DNA of 64,000 bases from contig NZ_JAJQXW010000002.1 of NCBI RefSeq assembly GCF_021246445.1, positions 186,001 to 250,000 of the forward strand, written 5' to 3'. Every line of letters starts with the position of its first letter. The stretch's first letter is position 1. Made by a program: the position numbers and the translations under genes. Below are positions 19,386 to 29,795 of this stretch, in pieces. The notes beneath the pieces are model-generated. The model saw nothing but the letters and a program-made list of their open reading frames with translations, made no database searches and was not told where the DNA came from. Source of the DNA: Rhabdothermincola salaria. GTDB taxonomy: Bacteria > Actinomycetota > Acidimicrobiia > Acidimicrobiales > Acidimicrobilacustridaceae.

Positions 19386-22160
19386 ATGGCACGGCGCTCG
19401 GCTGCTTCCCCGTCGCCCCGACTCGGCATTCCGGAGCTCTTCGCTCCCGGCCCGTACGAACAAGCGCTGATCCTGACGTTCGGGGCCGACCTCGAGTTCT
19501 ACGAGCGCGTCCTTCGGCGACACTTCGGTAGCTTCCGAAACCAGATCGTGCTCGCTGATGGAACTCAGCTCGACCACCATCTGAGCGGTCTGGCCACCGC
19601 GGGAGCCCTTCGGCACCTCAATCGCTCCTGGGTGGCCGGACCGATCCGCCTGCGCCACGCCGCACACGCCAAGGCGATCCTTCTCGCAGGACCCGAAGCC
19701 GGCCTCCTACTCGTCGGCTCGGGGAACCTCAGTCTCCAGGGCTACGCAGGCGCAGGCGAGTGCTTCGTCCCCTACCGGTGGACCCCAGACCAGCCTGATG
19801 ACTTGGATGCGTTCACGGCGGTCCGCTCACTCACGGATGCGCTCGTCGAGCGGGCCCTAGTCGATCGCGTAATCGCCGATCGCGTTGGGGTGTATTGGTC
19901 CGCTTACGACTGGTGGCATGCGCCGCCGAACCCGGCTGGCCCGGTTCGACACAACCTCGACGTTCCTATCGGAACGCAGTTCGTCGAAGCGATCGCTGGC
20001 GAACCGGTCGAAGAGCTCACAGTCGTCGCTCCCTTCCACGACGAACGTTGTTCCGCCCTCGAACGTCTGGTCTCGGAGCTCCACCCTTCACGCCTGCGGG
20101 TGCTCGTACAACCCGGGCGCTGCTCGGTCGACCCGACACAGCTACGACGAGTCATGGACAGAAGGTCAGGCTCAGTGCACAGCATCACGGCCGAGGGAGA
20201 CCACGAACTCACCTACCTCCACGCCAAGATCTTTCTGGCCAAGACCGCGACGCGGTCCATCTGCCTCGTCGGCTCGGCGAACTGCTCCCAGGTCGCTCTC
20301 TGGATCGATCAACCAGGCGCCAACACCGAGATCGCATCACTGCTCACCGGGCCACCATCGGCTTTCGACCACCTGCTCGCCGCCGACGTGGTCACCGTGA
20401 GCGGCCCACTCGATCCCGGCGACCTCGACCTCGAAATCCGCGACGACACCGAAGACAACAGCCAAGAAGAAGGCGCCACTCCAACCGTCCACAACCTCAT
20501 CTTCGACAGGGACACGCTCACCTGGACGATGGCGACGCCATGTGTAGCCGCTGAGGACGTAGTCGTAGAGATCAACGGGCGGTCAGCATCGGTCGACCTC
20601 TCCGTCTCGCCAACAGGCGGTGACCGGTGGGCCTTCACCGCTCGCCTGTTCGAGGAGGAGGACATCGCAGCCATCAATAGCGTCGCTGTTGTCACCGTGC
20701 GGATCGGCGACGGCGCCCCGACCCACGCCGTGCCATACCAGGTAGACCGGCTTCGAGAGCAGGACCACCGCCGCGTCGACACCGACCGACTACGCCACGC
20801 AGCGCTGCTCGAACTCGACGATCCCGATCTCGATCGAGCCTTGGCCGCATTGGAGGAGATCCTCGTTGGAGACAATGTCGCCCGATGGGGGAAGGACAGG
20901 CGTCCATCGTCAGACGCAGACCAGGCTGAGCCAATCGCCTGGGAGAACATCGACTGGTCCGCCGTCAAGCGCCATCCCCGATACCAGGCCTACGGAGGGC
21001 TTGCCGGCTTCGGGATTCCGGGAACAGCCCTCGCCGATTACCTCGCTGCGTTGTCACAGCTCGTTCGCAAGCTCCTCGACGAAGAGGATGCAGAAGTCGG
21101 CGACTCGGATGACCGAGAGCCGACTGACGCAGACGACGAAGAGGGAGCACACGACGTCGCCTCCGGAGTCGAGGGCGCAGACCCCGACGAGGAGGATGAC
21201 GGCGACGAGGACCAGGTGGAAGTCAGGCGACAGTCCCCAGCGGCCAGAAACCGTCGTCTCGTTCGGAACTTCGTCCGCAGGAACCTCACTGTGCTCGAAC
21301 AACCCGGGTTCCGAGACGGCGCTGGTCCCGGCATCGTCGTTCCCAACCTCATCATCCTTAACTGGGTCTGCTGGTGGATCGCCACCAAGGACGAGGATCA
21401 CGGCCCCGACCTGATCGAGGAGCGACTACGGCTCTGGGAGCTCCTGTGGGGCCACAACGAAATCGATGGCTACCTCGACAGGCTCGACGACGAGCACCAG
21501 GCCCTCGTCGTAGAACGATTCGACGCCCAGCAGTTCGAGCCGGTGGTCGCCGCAAGTATTACCGACGTGTGGACGAGCATCCCAACCGTCACCAGTCCCC
21601 TCTACCAACGGCTTCGGGACGTTGTTCGGAGCGCAGTCTGCAGTCCGTGCTGGCAAATGACCGCACCGCACCTCGAGTCCGCAGCGGTCCTCACCAACAA
21701 GCGCCCCTCGACGATCGAGCCGATCAACGCCGTGGAAATCGGCGCGCGCCTCTGGGAGGCGGCCTGCGCGCCGCACTTCGAGATCGAAGCAAGAAGAGCC
21801 GTCGCCCACGCTACGGGCTGCCTGGCCGGGGACGTTGCCGCAAGCAACGTCGAGGTCATCGTCGATGGGCGCAGCGACCGGCGATTGGTCGACCAGATGG
21901 AGATCCAGGCACCGGTGCTCGCAGATGGCATCGACGGCGCATTCGTCTCCTGGATGGGAGCGGTCGACCTCAGTTTCTACCGGCTGAAGTGGCCCGGCGG
22001 CGTTGCGTTCTACAACGCCCTGGCGGAGTCGGGATGGGTCGTCGCTCACGATGAGAATGAGCGAACGCTCGAGAGTCTCGAACCCGCATATCCCGCTTGG
22101 CGACTAGCGCTCGATCGGCTCGTCGACAGCGTCGAGGTCGGCACGGAGGCGGCCGCGTGA
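19386..22160 (+). CDS. Phospholipase D-family protein with two HxK motifs, an acidic tract and a long C-terminal region
   Basis: ALILTFGADLEFYE, HAKAILL..VGSGNLS, VVAPF, LHAKIF..VGSANCS. Confidence 0.75.
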   Translation: MARRSAASPSPRLGIPELFAPGPYEQALILTFGADLEFYERVLRRHFGSFRNQIVLADGTQLDHHLSGLATAGALRHLNRSWVAGPIRLRHAAHAKAILLAGPEAGLLLVGSGNLSLQGYAGAGECFVPYRWTPDQPDDLDAFTAVRSLTDALVERALVDRVIADRVGVYWSAYDWWHAPPNPAGPVRHNLDVPIGTQFVEAIAGEPVEELTVVAPFHDERCSALERLVSELHPSRLRVLVQPGRCSVDPTQLRRVMDRRSGSVHSITAEGDHELTYLHAKIFLAKTATRSICLVGSANCSQVALWIDQPGANTEIASLLTGPPSAFDHLLAADVVTVSGPLDPGDLDLEIRDDTEDNSQEEGATPTVHNLIFDRDTLTWTMATPCVAAEDVVVEINGRSASVDLSVSPTGGDRWAFTARLFEEEDIAAINSVAVVTVRIGDGAPTHAVPYQVDRLREQDHRRVDTDRLRHAALLELDDPDLDRALAALEEILVGDNVARWGKDRRPSSDADQAEPIAWENIDWSAVKRHPRYQAYGGLAGFGIPGTALADYLAALSQLVRKLLDEEDAEVGDSDDREPTDADDEEGAHDVASGVEGADPDEEDDGDEDQVEVRRQSPAARNRRLVRNFVRRNLTVLEQPGFRDGAGPGIVVPNLIILNWVCWWIATKDEDHGPDLIEERLRLWELLWGHNEIDGYLDRLDDEHQALVVERFDAQQFEPVVAASITDVWTSIPTVTSPLYQRLRDVVRSAVCSPCWQMTAPHLESAAVLTNKRPSTIEPINAVEIGARLWEAACAPHFEIEARRAVAHATGCLAGDVAASNVEVIVDGRSDRRLVDQMEIQAPVLADGIDGAFVSWMGAVDLSFYRLKWPGGVAFYNALAESGWVVAHDENERTLESLEPAYPAWRLALDRLVDSVEVGTEAAA

Positions 22161-22529
22161 GCCCGTGCTCATCTCCGCCAAAGCGATCGAGTTTCGCCGG
22201 CCGCCGCCCGACGAGGTGGCCGGCGTCCAACAGCAGGGGCCATACGCGCCACAATTTTCCGAAGTAGGTGCAGGCCCTTCGCACGTGAATCCCCTCCGGG
22301 GTCAGGTATTCAGGTGCCCGACCCGACCACCCGACGGCCTGGCCGATCTCTGGGACGAGCACCTCACCGCACTCGACAAGCTCGTACAAGACCAGCCCGG
22401 TGAGTTCGTGTCCGAGTCCAAGTCATTCCCCGAGGGCCATCGACACCGATCCGCTACCTTCGCCTGGCCCTGTTTAAGGCGCAGCGGCCTTGGCCGCCGG
22501 TGGAGTATCCCCCGCTAGTCGGGGCACAG

Positions 22530-22850
22530 ATGGCAGGCTCCAGCCGCGGGGTTCGAATTCGTCCATCAGCCGTATCCGACGGGCTTCGATCTGCGGGACT
22601 ACATACTCTCCCTGGAGACCGACAGCTTTGCCGAGCTAGACATAGTCTCGGCCTGGGTGAAGCGGTCTGGACCGAGAGCCTTAATGGGGCCCCTGCAATC
22701 GCTCCGCAAACAGGGCGTCTACATCCGATCAGTCGTAGGCATCAGCCTGGGCGGAACGAGTATTCAAGGTCTAGCTGCGCTTTCAGATCTCTCGGATGAG
22801 ACGTATGTCTTTCATCAAAAGGGGCGAACATTTCATCCAAAGACTTATAG
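22530..22850 (+). pseudogene. Truncated, frameshifted NgoFVII/BfiI-type PLD nuclease N-terminus
   Basis: Manual frame: FVHQPYPTGFDLRDYILSLETDSFAELDIVSAWVKRSG..VVGISLGGTSIQGL..YVFHQKGRTFHPKTY, cut just after HPK. Confidence 0.6.
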
Positions 22851-23200
22851 GGCCTCTTGATATTGGAGTCGATACGTCGACGCAGTCTGGCGACCTGATC
22901 ATCAACATCATGGCGAACTTCGCCCAGTTCGAGCGGAAGCTGATCGGCCAGCGCACAAAGGGCGCTCTGGCCGTGAGGCGCTCGGAGGGCGTAAAGCTCG
23001 GGCGGCCCGTGACCCTCGCGCCCGAGGTCACCGCTGAAATTCTCAGCCTCCGCTCGCAGGGCCTCAGCTATCGAGCGATCGCTGAGGCGCTGAACGATCG
23101 GGGCGTTCCCACAGCCCAAGGCGGTAGGCGGTGGTACCCAGCAACGGTCCGCAAGATCTGCCTTCGGAACGAGGAACAGGAACGAAGGGCCCCCTCGTGA
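22851..23200 (+). pseudogene. C-terminal half of a serine recombinase (resolvase/invertase)
   Basis: LDIGVDTSTQSGDLIINIMANFAQFERKLIGQRTK..G.KLGRP plus HTH; catalytic N-terminus missing. Confidence 0.75.
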
Positions 23201-23830
23201 TGAGCCGCCCCGAAAGAGAGGCCGTGAGGTTCGAATACCCAGTCGTCACGATCGTGCGAGCTGGGGAGGACCCGGACTCCCGGGTGTTCCAGTTCGCCGA
23301 GTTCGAGCCGAGCTACCTCGACGAGTCGCCGATGCTCCTTGTATCGGACGGCTACTTCATGCGACGCATCCCTCTCGACAGTCCGATGGTTAACGCTGGT
23401 CGCCTCGATGGCGTTGTGAGAGGAACCACGAGCTTGGTGAGTCTGCGCTCGATCGAGGAAGGCGACGGCCCACTGCTCGCCTACTCGGGGCCGCTGCCCC
23501 TCACCGTGAACTCCTCGACGGGGCCCTACAGCGAATGCCGGCGACATATGCGCTGGTCGACAACGAAGATGAGGTCTTCACTCTCCTGATGTTCGGCCGC
23601 GACTCCGTGCAAGTGCGCTTTGATGGTCGTTGGCAGGCGGCAGTCGAGCCCGACGCGATCACCGATCTACTCCATGGTCGAGATGCGGCCCGAAGTAATC
23701 CAGATGTACGACCACGCCGACCTAGAGGACTACCAACTCCGAGCCTCGGCGTTGCCTCTCACTAGAGGCAAGACGAATCTGCCGCCGACACACCAACGTT
23801 CAGACACATGGGGAGGTGCTGACCATGGCT
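23200..23830 (+). pseudogene. Frameshifted hypothetical gene
   Basis: Protein-like sequence appears to continue across three frames (ORFs 23131, 23535, 23620). Confidence 0.4.
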
Positions 23831-24279
23831 AGGCGCCCGCTCGCACTAGTCCGTCCATCTCACGGAGAAGATGCATCCGGGGAGGCCGCCAAGGTCCTCT
23901 CAGAGGCAATCCAACGGCACATCCAGCAAGCGGAAGGGCCCGACGCGTCGGACGACGGGCCACTTCCCATCGACGACGACCCGGTGCGCCGTCCGACTAC
24001 GGCCCCCGACTGACGTTCTTCCCGAGCGATGCGTCAAGGGCGGCGAGCGCTCCCTCGATCCGCCGCACCAGCCGCTTCTCCTGTGGCGTGTCGGCGGTCA
24101 CAGCTGCCGATCACCGACAGCGTCGAGGATCCGCCGCAGGCTGTGAGCTGCAAGCTCCCGATCCTGGCGCCGCAACCCCATGTGCTCCAACGTACTCACT
24201 TGCCCTCGCGGTTCTTCGCCACGACGGACGTCGGGACAACCGCCACTAACGCAGCGACGAGTCCCCAAGAATCCGGGGT

Positions 24280-24780
24280 GCCTCTGTGTTGCTGTCAAGC
24301 AGCGATCGCCGGTTCTCTCGGTCCTGATCGTCGAGCGCGTTCGTCGGCGTGCATCGTCGCCACACGTGGGCGGCGAGGCGCCGCTTCAGACATCGCATTG
24401 CCTCGTTGCGCGTCTTGCCCTCGGCGATCTTGCGGTCGAAGAACGGGCGACCGACGCTCGTGCGCGTCCTCACCTGGGTCACGGCCACGAGGTGGAGCGC
24501 GGAGTTGAGTTGGCGGTCTCCGCTGCGAGAGAGCCGACGGGTAACGCGTTCGCCGCTGGTCACTTCGATCGGGGCCACGCCGGCATAGCTGGCGAACGCG
24601 TCCGCGCTGCGAAACCGCGACGGCCGGCCGGTACGGCCGATGATGCGCACCCCGAGAACCGGACCGATGCCATCGACCTCGACCAGGGAGCTCTGGTGCT
24701 CCTCAAGAGCAGCGGTCATCCGCTCGGCGATCGTGGTGAGACGTTCGTCGAGCAGCCGGATGTCACGGACCAGATCCCAG
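24280..24780 (-). mobile_element. IS110-family transposase, 3' fragment (pseudogene)
   Basis: VDGIGPV..RFRSADAFASYAGVAPIEVTSG..RLSRSGDRQLNSALH..AMRCLKRRL. Confidence 0.85.
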
Positions 24781-25345
24781 GCGACGCTCGAGTGGATCGG
24801 GAACCACGAGAACCTCGTCGTGTGCGGCCCCTCGGGCACCGGCAGGTCCCACCTCGTCGAAGCGCTCGGCCACGCAGCCGTCGACGCCGGCGCCCACGTC
24901 GCATGGTTCTCCCTCGAGTCGTTCGGCGCGCTGTTCCGCCGCCACCGCGCCGACGACACCACCGACCGAGTCATCCGCAAGATCATGCGCGCCGACCTCA
25001 TCTACATCGACGACATCGGCCTGCTGCCCGTCACGACCGAAACCGCCGAAGCGCTCTACCGCGTCGTCGACGCCGCCTACGAACGGCGCGTCATCGCCCT
25101 GTTATCCAACCTGCACCCCGCCGGGTTCGACGAGCTCATGCCCAAAACCATCGCCAACGCCACCGTCGACCGGCTCTTTCACCACGCCCACGTCGTCATG
25201 ACCACCGGCGACTCTCGATCCGCCTCACCCATGCCACCACCGGCAAGGGGGTGAAGCCCCTCGCCCGATGACCCGGGCAGCTCTATTGGCCACCACCGGG
25301 CAGAACCACTGTCCGCCAACGGGCAGGTCCCACTGGCCATTGACA
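24781..25345 (+). mobile_element. istB: IS21-family remnant: istB 3' fragment and right end
   Basis: ENLVVCGPSGTGRSH, IDDIG, ATVDRLFHHA; repeated GGGCAG subterminal motifs ending TGGCCATTGACA at 25345. Confidence 0.8.
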
Positions 25346-25416
25346 GACGAGCCCCCTTAACCACGTATTCTCCTCAGCGCGGCATCGCAAGAGGGATCGG
25401 ACAAAGGAGATCGCGC

Positions 25417-25920
25417 ATGGAGTACACGAGTTCATACTTCGCAGGTGCGACCGATGACTGGTGGACAGCGGCCATGGGATTGGTGGACGAGCTTGGAGAG
25501 CTCTACCAGCCGGCGGTGCGAGCGGCGGCCGAACTGCGCATCTCTCACCACGACGGACCCGGCGAGTACCTCTTTGTGGCCGGCAAGTCGGATGGCACGG
25601 ACGAGCTGGCACGGGCCCTCAAAGCCGGGCAGGAGATTCGTGCGTGGTTCGACGGTCGCGTGCTGATCGATGACGCGCTCGACATCGCCGAACGCGAAGC
25701 TGACTCGCGTTACGACACCGTCTCGACGGGGCCTATCCCGGCGCTCGTCGTCAAGCTGGTGCGTGGGCTCGGTGCCGCCGGTGGATTCGAACTCGGAGAC
25801 ACCGTCACCTGCTACGTCGCGCCGATTCCACCGCGTGATGCCGAGAGGTACAGAGATGCGCTCGGACAGTCGATGACAACCATAATCTGCCGCGAAGGCC
25901 AGCTTGAAGTCCCAGGGTAA
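25417..25920 (+). CDS. Hypothetical protein
   Basis: AAGGAG RBS, clean 167-aa ORF. Confidence 0.55.
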   Translation: MEYTSSYFAGATDDWWTAAMGLVDELGELYQPAVRAAAELRISHHDGPGEYLFVAGKSDGTDELARALKAGQEIRAWFDGRVLIDDALDIAEREADSRYDTVSTGPIPALVVKLVRGLGAAGGFELGDTVTCYVAPIPPRDAERYRDALGQSMTTIICREGQLEVPG

Positions 25921-26108
25921 GGGCTGCGATATCAGTCGATGTGCACACGGCGGTGAGCCGCTCGCTCCGCAATTGTGGGGTTAAGCGCGGGGTGGATATT
26001 TGGGTGCCGTGCTCACGCCGCTATTGCGTTCGCGACCCACCCCTAGGTGCGAGAACGGCTGGATCAAGCAGCGGTACTAGGGGGCCTGGCCGGATGAGAA
26101 CAGCTCGG

Positions 26109-26560
26109 TGGAGTTGACCCGGTTTTCTGGACACCTGGTCCTGGGAGTTGTCCCAGGGAAGGAGACCCGGATGGGTCGTCCAGCGAAGTACCCCGAGGAG
26201 TTCCGACGTGAAGCGGTCGAGCTGTACCGCACCTCGGACCGGCCTCGGGTCGAGGTAGCTCGCTTGGCATCAGCGACAGGTCGTTGGCCGCGTCGGTGAA
26301 TGCGGTCGAGGCCGAAGAAGAACCTGGTGCGCTCGACCCAGATGAGCGGGCCGAGCTCGAGCGGCTGCGCAAGGAGAACAAGGACCTGCGGATGGACCGC
26401 GAGACCCTGCGGAAGGCAGCCGTCTATTTCGCTCGGGAGACGAACAGTTGAGCCGCAGGTTCGTCTCCGAGCATGCGGGTGAGTTCCCGGTGAAGCGGCT
26501 GTGCGAGCTCGTGAATGTCCCGAGGTCGAGCTACTACGAGTGGTCCACCCGGCCTGGGCG
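26109..26560 (+). mobile_element. IS3-family remnant (left end, frameshifted orfA, start of orfB)
   Basis: TG...CCGGTTTTCTGGACAC end; MGRPAKYPEEFRREAVELY; ELERLRKENKDLRMDRETLRKAA; FPVKRLCELVNVPRSSYYEW. Confidence 0.8.
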
Positions 26561-26827
26561 ACGATCAAGAAGGAGATCCGCCACATCCACGGACGCGGTT
26601 CCCTTCCCGCCGGGGAGACGTACTGTACCGCTGATGCATGAAATTGCGATCGTGATGGTCCATAAATTACTTTCACCCGCCATCGCGTACAGCACCGCCG
26701 GCGCTGAAGGCACCCTCCTGTCGGACCCTCCGACCACAGCTGGCCAAGTGGTCCTGTCCCGGGCAAAAGGTTGTGGGCCAAAACGCTGCGACGGGCCGAT
26801 CTGCTCTTCCTGACCGATGATGGCTGC

Positions 26828-27571
26828 GTGATCTCTTCGGGACCGGAGCATGGCCGTCCGCGAGCGAGCGCTGATGAACCTCGGCGCCGCGCCGTGCGCC
26901 TCTACCGAACCGGCTTGCCGCTATCCCGCATCGGTGTTCATCTCGGTGTGAGCTACCAGAGGGTCCAACAGCTCGTCGCCGGTCAGATCACCGAAGAGGA
27001 CGTCCGCCTGCGTGGGCTCACAGCACCCGAGACGCTGAGGTCCACGAACTGGTTCAGATCGGTGTGGGGTGATCTTGCCGTGTGGGAGCGACGCCATGAT
27101 CAGTTGCTCGGGCGTCACTATCGAGGTCGCCTGGGCCGAGGCGAACTCCTTGACCGGCTCCGTGAGGCCATTGCTGAGCTGGGGACGGAAGTGTCGATGG
27201 TCGCCTACGACCGGTGGCGAGCCAGCCGGCCCCCGTCCTCCGAGCTGCTGGTAGTGCGGTTCGGGTCGTGGGGTACTGCCCGGGTGGCGGCAGGTGGTAG
27301 TCCGGCGACGACACCCCGCCGCGAGCGCCGTTTAACCGACGAGGACATAGGGAGAGTCCTCAGGCAGTTCGTGGCCGCGTGTGAACGTGAGGGTCACCGA
27401 CCTACGATGCATGCCTACGGGGGATGGGCGAAGGGCCTGGATGGTGCGCCGTCGCTGGCAACGATCACCAAGCGCTCCCAGGAGCCCTGGGCTGCTCTAA
27501 TGGCCGGCGCCTCCCGGGTAGCAGCAGGCGGCGACCCAGCCCTGCCACCGTCCGGACGCCGCAGGCCATAG
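26828..27571 (+). CDS. HTH protein with two homing-endonuclease-associated repeats
   Basis: LSRIGVHLGVSYQRVQQL (HTH); YDRW..PPSSELLVVRFGSW..A.VAAG and PTMHAY..PSLATI..W; start uncertain. Confidence 0.55.
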   Translation: MISSGPEHGRPRASADEPRRRAVRLYRTGLPLSRIGVHLGVSYQRVQQLVAGQITEEDVRLRGLTAPETLRSTNWFRSVWGDLAVWERRHDQLLGRHYRGRLGRGELLDRLREAIAELGTEVSMVAYDRWRASRPPSSELLVVRFGSWGTARVAAGGSPATTPRRERRLTDEDIGRVLRQFVAACEREGHRPTMHAYGGWAKGLDGAPSLATITKRSQEPWAALMAGASRVAAGGDPALPPSGRRRP

Positions 27572-27754
27572 AGGCGCTACGAGCCCCCCGCCTTCGACGG
27601 GTGCGTCGGAGAAGGCCAGCCGGCCCGAGAACGACCCCGCCATCAGAGCCGCTGAGCCCGGGCGCCGCTGCTGTGTCACACCTGCTGCGAGGCTGCGGGC
27701 CTGACGGCCCTCCGGGAGACGACCCGGTGCTTATGACTGACCATCGCGAAAGCC

Positions 27755-28747
27755 TCAGATGCCTTGTGCGGCGGCATCGATGGCGGCGACCTGCTCGGCC
27801 ACAGTGGAGATCATCTCGGCCGCCTCTGTCTCGGCCGGTACCTCGAGCGGCACCCAGAGGGCACCAGCCCAGCGGGCGAGTTGGGGTCCGTAGCAATCTG
27901 ACGCCTCCAAGTTGGCGACGATCGACGGGTAGGACGGGGTGCGCGTCGAGTATCTGACCCACATAGGGGCGGACCTGGAACCGGCTGTCGGTCGCACGAC
28001 AACTGCGAGAGACACGCCCTTTTCGGGGGTGTCTCTAGAGATGTATCGGTACCAGAAGCCGACCTCGTCATCCTCGCCGTCCTCACGCCCCGACGGGTTC
28101 GGACGCTGTCCGGGGCGCAGCTGCAACGTCACCTGGTCGGCGATTGCTTCGAGTGTCACCCGAATTTGTCTCCACTCGGCGAGCTCGGCGCCGCTCAGCG
28201 GTTGGAGGTACTTACCACGGAGTGCCTCGTACAAGGCCTGCAGCTGATCGACGTCGGCGGTGCGCCCCTCGCCGTCTAGGGCCGCAAACAACGACTCCCA
28301 CGTGACGACGCTGACGGCCATCTTCGCCGGCGGGTCGGGCACCGCAGCGGCGAGAATCTCCCTGGCGGCCGGTGCCGACCGGTGCGGGACGAGGGCGAGA
28401 AGAGCCCGGTCGTGATCGCCGACAGCGGCGAGTACTCGGGCGTAGGCGGCGAGCTGGCCGTCCCCGAAGGGCGCCGAAAGCTTCCCCTCGATCATCACGA
28501 CGGGGGTCCGGTCACGTCGGCCTTCGACATCCACGAATCCTGCAGACGCGTGAAACGCCTCGGCACGCCAGGTCAGGGCGCCGAGCGGGGGGACATCCCC
28601 CTCGTCGACAATCCATCGGGCGAACCGCTCCTGAACAAGCGGGTCACCGAGAACGTGGGCGAGACCGACGGTGCAGAGACGTTCACCTTGGCTGGCCAGA
28701 GCGGCGTGGGAGGCGAGGTGGCCGAGAAGCGGTTGACGAGATGCCAT
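27755..28747 (-). CDS. PD-(D/E)XK nuclease family protein
   Basis: E..CT..LAHVL; GFVDVEG..VMIEGKLSAPFGDGQLAAY. Confidence 0.6.
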   Translation of the reverse strand: MASRQPLLGHLASHAALASQGERLCTVGLAHVLGDPLVQERFARWIVDEGDVPPLGALTWRAEAFHASAGFVDVEGRRDRTPVVMIEGKLSAPFGDGQLAAYARVLAAVGDHDRALLALVPHRSAPAAREILAAAVPDPPAKMAVSVVTWESLFAALDGEGRTADVDQLQALYEALRGKYLQPLSGAELAEWRQIRVTLEAIADQVTLQLRPGQRPNPSGREDGEDDEVGFWYRYISRDTPEKGVSLAVVVRPTAGSRSAPMWVRYSTRTPSYPSIVANLEASDCYGPQLARWAGALWVPLEVPAETEAAEMISTVAEQVAAIDAAAQGI

Positions 28748-28830
28748 GGCGGTTCAGTGTTGTCGGGTTCCATCGACATTTCGGCGGGTCGCCGCCGGAC
28801 TTCCCCAAGCGGCCACTGCGGAAGAGCAGG

Positions 28831-29562
28831 TCAGCCAACAACCCTCCCGACCTGGCATGAAGTGACGTCACCGGCGACAACATCAGCGGTTGCGTAGTCG
28901 TCGAAGCCGCTGAGTGCCGGGAACTTGTCACTCGACGGTTCCCCCCGGCTGATCACCATCCCGCCTCTGATGTAGACGAGCGACCGGTTCGGCCCGTACG
29001 GCAACCAGACGTCGGCGGAGAGCGATGGGCGGTCGATGGCCAGCCAAATACCTTGGCCGGTTACGGCTGCGGACGCGTCGGCGAATCCTTCGGTGTTGAG
29101 CGTCTCCATGAAGGCACCGACGTCGGCGCATGTCAGCGGACTTGGGTAGTCCATGCCCCATTCGCCTGGTGACCCAAGGATCTCGGGTGCGGGCGGCAGC
29201 GACGTGGTTGGTGCCACGGTGGTTGTGGTCGTCGATGCGAGCGTGGTGCTGGTGCTGGTCGTTGTCGAAGGATCGGTCGTGGTGCTCTCTCGTTCGACGG
29301 TCGCGAGGTTTTGCTCTGCTGCGCGGTCGCCGTCCCGGGTGACAAGCACCGCTGCGACCACCACCACCACCACCGCCAAGGTCCCGAGCGCGCCCACCAA
29401 GAGCGCCTTTCGAGTCGATCCACTTGGTCCGGTCTCAGGGCCTGCAGCCTCTTGGGTCAGTGGCTCGGTCTTCTGGCCCAGGTTGGTGTCCGTTCCGCAG
29501 TTCGGGCAGAAGCGGCTGGTGACTCGCGACTGGCAGTTCGGGCAGTTCCGAGGTTCGTTCAC
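28831..29562 (-). CDS. Zinc-ribbon, single-TM, Thr-rich-linker surface protein
   Basis: CPNC..FCPNCG, hydrophobic helix, poly-Thr linker. Confidence 0.7.
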   Translation of the reverse strand: MNEPRNCPNCQSRVTSRFCPNCGTDTNLGQKTEPLTQEAAGPETGPSGSTRKALLVGALGTLAVVVVVVAAVLVTRDGDRAAEQNLATVERESTTTDPSTTTSTSTTLASTTTTTVAPTTSLPPAPEILGSPGEWGMDYPSPLTCADVGAFMETLNTEGFADASAAVTGQGIWLAIDRPSLSADVWLPYGPNRSLVYIRGGMVISRGEPSSDKFPALSGFDDYATADVVAGDVTSCQVGRVVG

Positions 29563-29579
29563 GTGAGACCTTTCTCAGT

Positions 29580-29775
29580 TCGGGGCCACAAAGGTGCCGG
29601 AGGGCGGGTGGTTGGTCCAGGTCCCTCGATGCGACCGCCGGTCGCGCATTGAGGCTCGTGACCGCAGTTGCTCAGTACGAGCCCCGTTGCCTGCCTCTGC
29701 TGAACCCTGAAACACCATGAAGCCCGGTTCGACGAAGGGGACGAAGTGCCACGACCCGGATCGGTTCGAGAACAT
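29580..29775 (-). repeat. Diverged, frameshifted copy of an internal segment (about 30315-30512) of the neighbouring gene
   Basis: Shared CCGTTGCCTGCCTCTGCTG and ACACCATGAAGCCCGGTTCG; peptide FSNRSGSWHFVPFVEPGFMV..AEAGNG vs FSNHPGSWQLIPFADEPGFMV..AEAGNG. Confidence 0.8.
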
Positions 29776-29795
29776 CACCATGTCGAGGGTCTCTG

